This document shows, one piece after another, positions 9,888 through 18,061 of a stretch of 61,859 nt of DNA (position 1 is the first letter of the stretch; each line of letters begins with the position of its first letter). The DNA lies in IMG/VR virus record IMGVR_UViG_3300045120_000341, positions 1-61,859 of that record; one strand, given 5' to 3'. Source of the DNA: a virus. Its lineage: Duplodnaviria; Caudoviricetes. The notes under the pieces were generated by a model that worked only from the letters and a program-made list of their open reading frames with translations, was not told the origin of the DNA and searched no databases. The position numbers were made by a program, and so were the translations under genes.

Positions 9888-10085
9888 TCAGGCCGTGCCG
9901 CCGGCCTTTTGTTCGCAACGTTCACGAAGCTTGTCCAAATGGACGGACTTCCGGTCGATCACCACGTCCTTCGGGGCCTCGAACATCAGCCGAATCTGGC
10001 CCCGGCCAGCCTTGACGACGGTCATCACGATCCGGCCGTTGTCGATGTAAATCGAATCGCCAAGGTTTGCACTCAGCACAAGCAT
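9888..10085 (-). CDS. csrA: CsrA/RsmA-family RNA-binding regulator
   Basis: MLVLS..GDSIYI...I...V......IRL.FEAPKDVVIDR. Confidence 0.8.
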   Translation of the reverse strand: MLVLSANLGDSIYIDNGRIVMTVVKAGRGQIRLMFEAPKDVVIDRKSVHLDKLRERCEQKAGGTA

Positions 10086-10180
10086 CGAAGGCCCTCCGTG
10101 GTTGTGCTCCGGGGCGGCGGACATGCGTTCCGAATCCGCCGCCCCGATCCCCCGACGACGAGCCGGGGAATACGTGTTCG

Positions 10181-10459
10181 CTACCTTCTCCCCAACGCCA
10201 CTGCCTCTCGCGCCGCCGCCGCGTTCGACTTCCGCTTCTCCGCGACCGTCGGCACCACGTCCAATCGCTTGAGCAGTTCTTGGATTCTGAGGTAGTCCAT
10301 GACGGTCTGACCCCAGAACCTGTACGGCTTGTCTCTCGTGATCGGTTCCAACTTGCCGGACCGCACGCGGGCCTGAATCGTTTCGGGTGTGAATTTCATG
10401 ATGTCCGCAACGTCTTGCGTCGTGAGGATGTCGAGGGGTTTGAGTTCTGAGGCTTTCAT
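10181..10459 (-). CDS. Excisionase/MerR-like HTH protein
   Basis: LTTQDVADIMKFTPETIQARVRSGKL. Confidence 0.75.
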   Translation of the reverse strand: MKASELKPLDILTTQDVADIMKFTPETIQARVRSGKLEPITRDKPYRFWGQTVMDYLRIQELLKRLDVVPTVAEKRKSNAAAAREAVALGRR

Positions 10460-11013
10460 GCCACGTGCCTCCACCGCTTGCCGCGATAGGCCAGAGAAAT
10501 TGTTGAGGGATCGACTCCGAATTGCTTGGCTAACGCCTTACTCGAAACGCCCAGAGTCTTGAGCCTTCTGATTTCAAGAACCTGCGAAGACGTAAGCTTT
10601 GCCGTCTCGACCTGCTCGCCACGCTTCACATCAAATCCGCGATGCGTGCCCCGCGAGATCGCGTCCCTTTTTTTCTCGTACATGTCGCGGCAATTATCCG
10701 CACGAGTTCCGACGAACAGGTGGTAAGGATTGCAACAGGGTGGGTTGTCGCACCGATGAAGTAAGTCCAATCCTTCAGGAATAGAGGTCCTGAAAATCGA
10801 AAACGAAACCCGGTGAGTAAGAAAGCAAATCCCACCGATCCCGATTACTCCATAGCCGCCTCGACTCAGACATCCCGTCCATTCCCAGCACCCGCTCGGC
10901 TTTCTTGTCAGGCGATTGACGATTCTTTTTTCTGCCGACGTGCGGTAAGCCTCATTCGCCAGCATCAGGCCGAGATTGCTGGGGATACCTCGATATTTTC
11001 TGGCAATGGTCAT
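10456..11013 (-). CDS. HNH endonuclease with C-terminal HTH
   Basis: CWEW, HRVS, LHRCDNPPCCNPYHL, AKLT..HTH. Confidence 0.88.
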   Translation of the reverse strand: MTIARKYRGIPSNLGLMLANEAYRTSAEKRIVNRLTRKPSGCWEWTGCLSRGGYGVIGIGGICFLTHRVSFSIFRTSIPEGLDLLHRCDNPPCCNPYHLFVGTRADNCRDMYEKKRDAISRGTHRGFDVKRGEQVETAKLTSSQVLEIRRLKTLGVSSKALAKQFGVDPSTISLAYRGKRWRHVA

Positions 11014-11228
11014 CGAGCCTTCTCCCTCTCGGCGAGCATCGAGTCGGCGAGTGCGTAGGAGACTAGGGCGTGCTGTTCGTTGGTGGCTTGCATGGTCGGA
11101 CTGGCACACATTCCCATTAACGCCTGACCTGCGAACCAGTCGCGAATGGTCATTCCTGAATGCCCCACGCCGGCCTGTTCGTGGCTGTGCCAGTAAGGGA
11201 ACGCTGAGGGCACGTCTTCGGGCTTCAC
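11010..11228 (-). CDS. Small conserved phage protein (GMTxRDxFA family)
   Basis: AFP..GMTIRDWFAGQAL..YALADSML. Confidence 0.75.
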   Translation of the reverse strand: MKPEDVPSAFPYWHSHEQAGVGHSGMTIRDWFAGQALMGMCASPTMQATNEQHALVSYALADSMLAEREKAR

Positions 11229-11515
11229 TTCTTCTTCCCCTTCCGCTTGCGGTACGCGACGACGCCTTCAATCTTGCCGTCGAGGTAAGCCGCCACTTCC
11301 CCCGGGTCGAAGTGCCACTTCTTGTACCTGCCCTTGTGCGGCTTCGTCCGAATGCCCGGGTCAAATGCCGTAAGAACGCCCGACCGCATCAGCTCCCGGA
11401 CCTCTTCGAGTTCGAGGCCGAGAATCGCCGCCGTTGTCGAAAGCGAAAAAGGCTTCTTCGGGGTTCCTACCATATGCCACACCTCATGTGTGGTAGACCA
11501 TAGATGATTTGTCAT
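11225..11515 (-). CDS. HTH DNA-binding protein (excisionase-like)
   Basis: SLSTTAAILGLELEEVRELMRSGVL..WHF. Confidence 0.65.
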   Translation of the reverse strand: MTNHLWSTTHEVWHMVGTPKKPFSLSTTAAILGLELEEVRELMRSGVLTAFDPGIRTKPHKGRYKKWHFDPGEVAAYLDGKIEGVVAYRKRKGKKK

Positions 11516-11626
11516 TTGCGGTCAATAGAAAATTCTGCTACATTTTCGGAAGTGTTGGAAATCAAGTACCATCAACCATGTACGAAAGGTGCGAAAGTGA
11601 GCCTGTCCACGATTCTGGAGAACGTA

Positions 11627-11896
11627 ATGGGGAAGGCGCGGAGGGAAATCGAGGAACAGAGCAAGGGACAGCTCACGAGGGGAATCAACGTTTTCAAGGA
11701 CATAGCGGACTGGTGCGCGGACCTAGTTGCCGCCGGGGAAGCGGAGTCCGTGGCGCAACTCGTGGACCCCTATTTGCGGGGTCCACTGGAAACGCTGCAC
11801 AAGTCAAAGGGCAAAAAGGCCGAAATGATCCGGAAACTCAAGGACGAACTGCGTTCTTCAAAGGCATCGAAGCGGGACGCCAGTCGGCAGGGGTAG
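11627..11896 (+). CDS. Possible ribbon-helix-helix regulator at the early-region divergence
   Basis: RBS GGAG; strand-helix-helix pattern TRGINVFKDIADW..SVAQLVDPYL; divergent from the left operon. Confidence 0.45.
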   Translation: MGKARREIEEQSKGQLTRGINVFKDIADWCADLVAAGEAESVAQLVDPYLRGPLETLHKSKGKKAEMIRKLKDELRSSKASKRDASRQG

Positions 11897-12044
11897 CGAA
11901 GATGATGGTGTCGGGAATCCCCGTACCATGACGAATGATCAGGCTCGCGTACTCGCAATCCGGGTACGCGGCCCGCGCGAACCTCTCCACGCAGTCCAGT
12001 AGTTCCTTCATCGACGGGACGGTTGACGTGGGCGCGGCTGACAT
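11838..12044 (-). CDS. Hypothetical protein
   Basis: RBS GAGG and coding-like composition. Confidence 0.4.
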   Translation of the reverse strand: MSAAPTSTVPSMKELLDCVERFARAAYPDCEYASLIIRHGTGIPDTIIFATPADWRPASMPLKNAVRP

Positions 12045-12284
12045 GAGAACGCCTCGGGCAGATGATTCCGGACTAGCATCGTGCTTCTGGGTGTGTGTCC
12101 GTCCGGCAGAGTCTAACCGCGCGCAACCGTACAAAAAAGGTCAGCCGTCCGGATTGTCAAAAATGACGACGACTGTTGAGTTTTGCGCGACCGGCCGTCT
12201 AGAAACGGCCACACCGCCGGCGGAAATCTCCCGGCCGGCGGGGGCGGAAAACAAACGATAATCGAGGGGAACGGAGGGGTGAGA

Positions 12285-12491
12285 ATGACTATCGAAGAAC
12301 TGGCGCAAGAGTTGGCGACACTGCGCGAGCGCGTCGAACATCTGGAAGGAATGGCGGAAAATATGCTAGGCAGTTGCGATGACTGCGGTAAGCCCGGAGA
12401 GTACCGAGAGAATCCCGCCTGGAACGCACTCCCCGGTGCCATGATTTGGATTTGCGACGAATGTTACGATGACATCTGCCAATCCAACTGA
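12285..12491 (+). CDS. Small coiled-coil + Zn-finger protein
   Basis: Strong RBS GGAGG; CDDC..CDEC. Confidence 0.65.
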   Translation: MTIEELAQELATLRERVEHLEGMAENMLGSCDDCGKPGEYRENPAWNALPGAMIWICDECYDDICQSN

Positions 12492-12518
12492 TTCCCGCGT
12501 CAACCCATAGGAACGACG

Positions 12519-12737
12519 ATGAGCACCTTGACCCAATCCGATATCGACTCGGCGAAACGCTGGGCTGCGGCCCACAAGTGGAAGCCCGTGACCAGCCCCC
12601 AGGTTCCCGGTAGTCTGTACGTCTACGCCCCGCTCATCCACTCCTGCGTGGGGATCGCGGAGAACGAGACGCAGATGTGGGAAATGCTGGCCAAGGCGCT
12701 GAAGGACATGCGGGCTGAGGTGGCGGAAGTTGCTTAG
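12519..12737 (+). CDS. Hypothetical protein
   Basis: RBS AGGA; operon packing. Confidence 0.55.
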   Translation: MSTLTQSDIDSAKRWAAAHKWKPVTSPQVPGSLYVYAPLIHSCVGIAENETQMWEMLAKALKDMRAEVAEVA

Positions 12738-12747
12738 GGGGGAGAGC

Positions 12748-13320
12748 ATGGCGGAGATACTGGTGGAACTTCACGACGGATCGATGCCGACCTTCATGCT
12801 GAGATCGGCTGCGAAGAATCGAGAGCACGTCTACATCTACGGCGTTGAGTACCAGCCCGTCCCGGAAGGCGACTCCCCCGCCCACGCGCTCGCCCGTACG
12901 ATCCTGTCCTCGCCCACGGTCGATGGCGTGGTGCTGGCCGCGATGCTGGACGCATGCCAGGAACAACTTGACATGTGCGGGGACGCGGGGAGGGAACGGG
13001 AGAGGGTGCTGGCGGAGGTGAAGGCGGCGCCGTATTGGTGCAAGGATCATCCTCTGTTTAACAAGCTGCGAGAGTTGGGCTATGGGGAAGCCGTTGACGC
13101 GGCTTGTTCTCAGGGAACGACAGCATCGGTTTTGGGTGGCGACGCGGCCGATGAGTACCTGAAGCCGGCAATGACCGACACCTTTACCGGAACTTTTGGG
13201 GCCGCGTTGAACGCTCACACTGGCGATGCCGGAGGGTATTGGTCAACTTGGAACCCGCGCGATGGAATATCAGACTTCACGCTCAACCCGTCTCCGCCGC
13301 CACCCGCTCCGCGAGTTTGA
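12748..13320 (+). CDS. Hypothetical protein
   Basis: RBS GGAG; converges on the integrase. Confidence 0.55.
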   Translation: MAEILVELHDGSMPTFMLRSAAKNREHVYIYGVEYQPVPEGDSPAHALARTILSSPTVDGVVLAAMLDACQEQLDMCGDAGRERERVLAEVKAAPYWCKDHPLFNKLRELGYGEAVDAACSQGTTASVLGGDAADEYLKPAMTDTFTGTFGAALNAHTGDAGGYWSTWNPRDGISDFTLNPSPPPPAPRV

Positions 13321-14368
13321 AATCGGCTTGGGCGTAGACCTCGGTAGTCTTCAGGTTGGCATGTCCAAGCACCGAACTCGCCGCCTCGATTCCGTAGGCC
13401 GCGCGGATCTCAGTAGCCCGTGCATGGCGGCACTGATAAACCGTGAACCGCTCAATTCCCGCCCGCTTACAGGCCCGCTTCAAGACCAGACCCAACGAGT
13501 TTCGGTTGTAGACCGTGCCGCGGCGATGCAGGAAGTACGGCGCCTCGCCCTCGACTCCACATTCCGCCAGCACAGCCTGCGCCTTCGGCCCGAACAGTAC
13601 CGCCCTGCCCTTCCCCCGCCCCGCGGTCTTGTGCCTCGCCGGCCGGTACGCCCAAACCGCGCCCGATCGCTTCAGGTCGCACGGACGCAGCCCGAACAAC
13701 TCAGACGGCCGCGCGCCGGTCAGCCGGAGAACGCGCAGCAGGCGCGAAGCAGGGGCCGTTAGAAACGGTAGCACCTTCTCAAGAACGTCATCGGGTACTG
13801 GAAGAACTTCGCGTGGTTCCCGAGCCATACCGGGACGTAATCCTCTGACGGTCATGAGAGCCTGCAACTGGCCTGGCTCGATCCGTTCGACCGAGACGCC
13901 CCAGCGGAAGATGGCGCGGACGATGCGGACCAGTTTGGCGACGTAGGAGCGGGTGTAGAGCGGCGACCTTTCCCCTTCTTTGCGACCTTTGACGACCTTT
14001 TCGGTACTTTCCCTATCCGCGAGCCCCCTCTGCCACGCCCCCAGCGCCAGTGGCCCGAACTCGCCCACCGGCGTGTCCTGGTGCACTTCCAGTAGCAACG
14101 CGATCGCCCGGGTAATCTGCACCCGCTCCCCGTCGGGGTACGGCCTTGCTCGCTGGTACGCCAGGCACAGCTCCGCCACGCTCATCGCCGTGGTGTCGAG
14201 GATCTGCGCCGTCGGGTCATTCGCCCACGTCAGACACAACCGGCGGTGCTTGCGATCGGCCTCAGGCGTACCTGCCCGGCCGCAGTCGTGCCACTTGCCC
14301 TGCCACTTGACGCGGGCACGGCCGGCGTGTGTATGCAGCTTCGGCGGGAAGGTGGCCTTGCGTGGCAT
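13283..14368 (-). CDS. int: Tyrosine integrase
   Basis: TGARPSEL (R), HKT (K), YQCRH, LGH, TTEVY (Y). Confidence 0.93.
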   Translation of the reverse strand: MPRKATFPPKLHTHAGRARVKWQGKWHDCGRAGTPEADRKHRRLCLTWANDPTAQILDTTAMSVAELCLAYQRARPYPDGERVQITRAIALLLEVHQDTPVGEFGPLALGAWQRGLADRESTEKVVKGRKEGERSPLYTRSYVAKLVRIVRAIFRWGVSVERIEPGQLQALMTVRGLRPGMAREPREVLPVPDDVLEKVLPFLTAPASRLLRVLRLTGARPSELFGLRPCDLKRSGAVWAYRPARHKTAGRGKGRAVLFGPKAQAVLAECGVEGEAPYFLHRRGTVYNRNSLGLVLKRACKRAGIERFTVYQCRHARATEIRAAYGIEAASSVLGHANLKTTEVYAQADFKLAERVAAETG

Positions 14369-14412
14369 CCGTGCCGTCCGTAGCTTGAGCGTGAGATTGC
14401 TAGGGGCAAGTC

Positions 14413-14739
14413 ATGACGTTCAACAAGTGGTGGGCCGCTAGGCTTGAGGCATGTAATCCAGACCTAAGATCAGCTTTAAATGCAGCATTCTTCGATGCCG
14501 AAGAGGCTTGGGACGCCGCCACGGCCGCCGAGCGGGAACGGTGTGCAGAACTTTCCGACGAACTCGAAGCCACCTACGAAACATCCAAACCTAATCCCAA
14601 CCCGCCCGGCGGACAGATTTGCCAGATCCATGACTTTGCCGCCGCCATTCGGGGAGACGCCCTCCCTCTACCCCAGAAAACAGCGAGTGGTCAACCCCAA
14701 CCAGAAACAGCCATAACCATCGACAACGAAGGGACATAA
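14413..14739 (+). CDS. Hypothetical protein
   Basis: AERERCA..AAAIR motif common in small phage proteins; ends 9 nt before the tRNA fragment. Confidence 0.6.
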   Translation: MTFNKWWAARLEACNPDLRSALNAAFFDAEEAWDAATAAERERCAELSDELEATYETSKPNPNPPGGQICQIHDFAAAIRGDALPLPQKTASGQPQPETAITIDNEGT

Positions 14740-14748
14740 AACTTCACG

Positions 14749-14789
14749 GGTCGCTTAGCTCAGCGGTAGAGCGCTCGCTTTACACGCGA
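14749..14789 (+). other. attP core: 5' half of tRNA-Val(TAC), not a complete tRNA
   Basis: GGTCGCT-TA-GCTC-AGCGGTA-GAGC-G-CTCGC-TT-TAC-AC-GCGA gives the acceptor 5' strand, D-arm and anticodon arm. No T-arm or 3' acceptor follows. It lies about 380 nt from int. Confidence 0.85.
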
Positions 14790-15185
14790 TCAGGAACACG
14801 CGAAATTACTAGTAAAACCAAGGGAAACCGCAAAACAGCGCCGCAAAATTACCTCGGTCCACCTCGTGAAACGTCGGGCGATTCGGGGAGCGGCACGGCG
14901 TAGGGGGAGGAAGAGGGAGGAGTTGAAATCGTGCTAACAAGAATCCGCACGTGGTGGTACGTCTGGCGTCGGTTCCGAGTGTCACCGTGGCAGTGGGAAC
15001 GGGACAAGAAATTCCTGCGGCGATTCGCTGAGGCCAGGGCGGAGTCCGAGGTGGAACAGTGAGGGACACTTGCGCGCCGACCACTCGCGGGGTAGAGTCA
15101 AGATTACTTGACCCCACTCCCACGAGACGACTGCGATTAAGACCGACGTTCTCTCCGACGCGATCCGCTGTACCGCCATCACCGG

Positions 15186-15869
15186 ATGCCTGATCGTCGT
15201 CGCCGTATGTCTGATCCTGGCACGCGGTGCCGTCTGCGAGAAGATCGAGGCCGACAACGAAGCACCGAACCCGGAATGGCAGTACCGGTAGGCGGAAACC
15301 CATCGGGGACGGTTCCCCCGAATGGTGCGAAGATAGGACGGCCGGCGGGAGGTATTGAACTGCAACTCTGGGAACAACAGAAAGACGAGCCATACGACGA
15401 TTACGGATGCTTTCTCCTCTACCGTAATCTTGGACCGGGACGTACCTTACAACTCGCCTACCTTGAATATCGGCTCACATTCAAGAATGCTGATCGAGAG
15501 GCACTGGAAAGCGAAGAAAAGCTACCGCCAGTCCCAGGATCGTGGGCCACCATCTCTTCCAAGTGGGACTGGGTCAGACGGTCCGACGCGTGGGACGTTC
15601 ACGTCTTCGAGCTCTACGGCGAACGGGCTGTCATTAAATTCGTCAACGCCCTAGAAAAGATAGCTGAAAAGTCCTGTCAGGCACTCGCCCGTCCGAACAT
15701 GAAGCCGAAGACGTGGCACGACGTGCTCGAAGCGTTGGCTATCATTCAACAGTATGCCCAACCCGGCAGCGTCAACGCGTTACGAGAGCGGAAGGCAGAT
15801 CCTAGAGAAAGTGCTGGGGATCGGCCCCGCGAGCTCGTCGGCGTCGGAACAGACGACGGCGTCACGTGA
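15186..15869 (+). CDS. terS: Terminase small subunit-like protein (true start probably near 15360)
   Basis: WEQQKDE..F.LYRNLGPGR..W....DW..R..AWD pattern; upstream of TerL; GGAGGT at 15348 follows a late-promoter motif. Confidence 0.7.
   Translation: MPDRRRRMSDPGTRCRLREDRGRQRSTEPGMAVPVGGNPSGTVPPNGAKIGRPAGGIELQLWEQQKDEPYDDYGCFLLYRNLGPGRTLQLAYLEYRLTFKNADREALESEEKLPPVPGSWATISSKWDWVRRSDAWDVHVFELYGERAVIKFVNALEKIAEKSCQALARPNMKPKTWHDVLEALAIIQQYAQPGSVNALRERKADPRESAGDRPRELVGVGTDDGVT
15312..15334 (+). promoter_or_regulatory. Late promoter motif (terS)
   Basis: GTTCCCCC-N9-GAAGAT. Confidence 0.65.
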
Positions 15870-17217
15870 TCGCGACCGCGAACGGCGCGGCTTCACCCCG
15901 TGGCTGAAAGCCGTCTCGCCCGAACTGAATTGGGACTTCGCGCACCTAGAATACGTCCGGAAGCAACTCGCCCGCGTCACCCGCGGCGAACTGAAAAAGC
16001 TGCTCATCTCGTGGCCGCCGCAACATTACAAAACGTGGTCGACGACGGTCCGCTATCCACTCTATCGGATGCTCCGCAACCCGGGCCTACGGGTCGGTAT
16101 CGGCACCTACAACCAGCGGTACGCGAACAAAGTCAGCCGGTGGACGTCCCGGATCGTCGACTCGCTCGGCCTGGCGTACGGCGACAAGCAAGCCGTCGAG
16201 GAGTGGAACCTGTCGAACGGGTCGAGTTACATCGCCCGTGGCGCCGGGGTGGGTATTGCCGGCGAGCCGGTCGACCTCTGGATCTGCGACGACCCGTTCA
16301 AGAACCGGGAGGAGGCCGATTCCCCGGCGGTGCAGGAGAACGTGTGGGAATGGCACATGGACGACATCACCCCGCGTATCCAGCAGGGCGGCGCCGCGGT
16401 CGTTATCCACGCCCGATGGAATCCCGGGGACCTCATTGGACGGATACTTGATAGCCCGGACGGTCCGAACTGGGAATACATTCGATTGCCGGCACTCGCC
16501 GAAGAAAATGATCCGATCGGCCGGGCCGTGGGTGAGGCGCTCTGCCGTCACGCGTTCAACGAGGAGTCGTTAGCGGACAAAGAGCGGATTATGGGCATTG
16601 GGTTCCAAGGCCTGTACCGGCTCAACCCGATCCCACGCGGTGGGACCTTCTTCCGCCGAGACTGGTTTGGCCTGCCAGTTGACAAGACGCCAGCTGAAAC
16701 GACGTGGGTGCGGTATTGGGACCTGGCGTCCAGTCGGTTGGACTCGGCGTGCTACACGTCCGGGGTTCTCATGGGCCGGCACGGCAAGGGCGCGGACGCC
16801 AGGTTCCCGGTCGGTGATGTTATTCGCGGCCGGTGGTCGCCGGCCGACCGCGACGACATGATCTTGCAGACGGCGATTGCCGATCGGAAGCGGCCCGGGT
16901 TCGACCGAACCTACTTCGAGTCGCCGGTATTCGATAAGGACGGCGCGGCCCGCCGCGGCCTGATCGCCAAACTCGCCGGGCATATCATCGAAGCCGACGA
17001 CGTCGGCGGGAAGGGATCGAAGGAACTGCGGGCCGAACCGGTAGCGAGTGCCGCGAAGGGTGGCTTGGTCTACCTCGTGGCCGGCTCATGGAACGGGGCG
17101 TACCTGACGGAGTTGGAAGGGTTCCCGGCCGGAAACTATAAGGACCAAGTGGACAGTACGTCGGGTGCGTTCAACAAGCTGACGACGCCCGACGTGACGG
17201 TGTCGTTCAACTGGTAG
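15754..17217 (+). CDS. terL: Terminase large subunit
   Basis: PPQHYKT Walker A variant, ICDDP Walker B, WDLA nuclease motif, DQVD. Confidence 0.92.
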   Translation: MPNPAASTRYESGRQILEKVLGIGPASSSASEQTTASRDRDRERRGFTPWLKAVSPELNWDFAHLEYVRKQLARVTRGELKKLLISWPPQHYKTWSTTVRYPLYRMLRNPGLRVGIGTYNQRYANKVSRWTSRIVDSLGLAYGDKQAVEEWNLSNGSSYIARGAGVGIAGEPVDLWICDDPFKNREEADSPAVQENVWEWHMDDITPRIQQGGAAVVIHARWNPGDLIGRILDSPDGPNWEYIRLPALAEENDPIGRAVGEALCRHAFNEESLADKERIMGIGFQGLYRLNPIPRGGTFFRRDWFGLPVDKTPAETTWVRYWDLASSRLDSACYTSGVLMGRHGKGADARFPVGDVIRGRWSPADRDDMILQTAIADRKRPGFDRTYFESPVFDKDGAARRGLIAKLAGHIIEADDVGGKGSKELRAEPVASAAKGGLVYLVAGSWNGAYLTELEGFPAGNYKDQVDSTSGAFNKLTTPDVTVSFNW

Positions 17218-17455
17218 TGGTCGGACGTTTTCTCTTCTTGATTTTCCGATCCAGTTTTCGCCACGAGTCGGCACCGACGTATACCATCGCGTTGCCCTTA
17301 CGGGTATAGCGGTGCGCGTTATCGGTCATCCACTCCGGGAACAGGATGTCACCTTCGGGGAATGGCTTTCGCATAATCATTCCGTCGCGTGGCCCGCCGC
17401 GGAAAACATATGTGTTCGCTCTGAGCTTGATTCGTTCAGGCCACAGGTCTTTCAT
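17207..17455 (-). CDS. Small GGPxDG-motif protein
   Basis: VFRGGPRDG; antisense insert between terL and portal. Confidence 0.6.
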   Translation of the reverse strand: MKDLWPERIKLRANTYVFRGGPRDGMIMRKPFPEGDILFPEWMTDNAHRYTRKGNAMVYVGADSWRKLDRKIKKRKRPTTTS

Positions 17456-17745
17456 CGGCGCCTCTTCGCGGGTTCGGCGGGCAGGTCGCGGACGAGTAAC
17501 GAAATGAGGTCACGGGGATTCTCGCCCGACAGTTGCAGCAGCCCCCGCCGGAGCAGGTCGCGGCAGACCCGGCAGAGTTCGATCGGTCCATTGGTGCAAT
17601 CCCAGACGTCCCCGCGGTCGGACGTCGACACCTCGGCGACGCACACCGCCGGCCGTTGGTAGCACTGCGAGCAGGTCACGGGGTTCCCCCGGCGAACTCG
17701 GGTGATACACTGGGATACTTGTAGTTGTGGGTCTTGTTGAGCCAC
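17452..17745 (-). CDS. Small Zn-finger protein
   Basis: CSQC..CRVC; ATGA overlap with the next gene. Confidence 0.5.
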   Translation of the reverse strand: MAQQDPQLQVSQCITRVRRGNPVTCSQCYQRPAVCVAEVSTSDRGDVWDCTNGPIELCRVCRDLLRRGLLQLSGENPRDLISLLVRDLPAEPAKRRR

Positions 17746-18029
17746 TTCTTGATGGCGGCCATCAGTTCTTCGTTGTCTGCGCAGCCGTATTCCAAACTGT
17801 TTTTCAGAGCAAGGGCCAACAATTCTTCGGAATCGGAGACGTTACCATGATGGATTGCCACGTCCTGTAGGACCATGTCAATGGCGAGAGTGATTGCGGT
17901 GGTTTTGGCGAGTTCGTTTTCCTCATCAGCGTAGTTGTTCGTGTATCGGACGTGAGTAATTGAACAGGCTATCCGCCCATCCTCGTCTCCGAGTTCGCAC
18001 GTGACCTTCGCGTAGCTCTTGTCGCTCAT
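17676..18029 (-). CDS. Hypothetical protein (lower GC)
   Basis: RBS-like GGGGGAA; globular composition. Confidence 0.55.
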   Translation of the reverse strand: MSDKSYAKVTCELGDEDGRIACSITHVRYTNNYADEENELAKTTAITLAIDMVLQDVAIHHGNVSDSEELLALALKNSLEYGCADNEELMAAIKKWLNKTHNYKYPSVSPEFAGGTP

Positions 18030-18031
18030 TG

Positions 18032-18054
18032 GTTCCCCCCGCCGGCCCGACAAT
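18032..18054 (+). promoter_or_regulatory. Late promoter motif (portal, leaderless)
   Basis: GTTCCCCC-N9-GACAAT-7nt-ATG. Confidence 0.7.
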
Positions 18055-18061
18055 CCCCGTC

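Noticed and set aside
14749-14830. Complete phage tRNA-Val
   Set aside because: No T-arm (GTTC) or 3' acceptor strand follows the anticodon arm.
15112-15291. Small TM-like reading frame before terS
   Set aside because: It looks coding but has no ATG/GTG/TTG start ahead of the hydrophobic stretch and no SD; unresolved.
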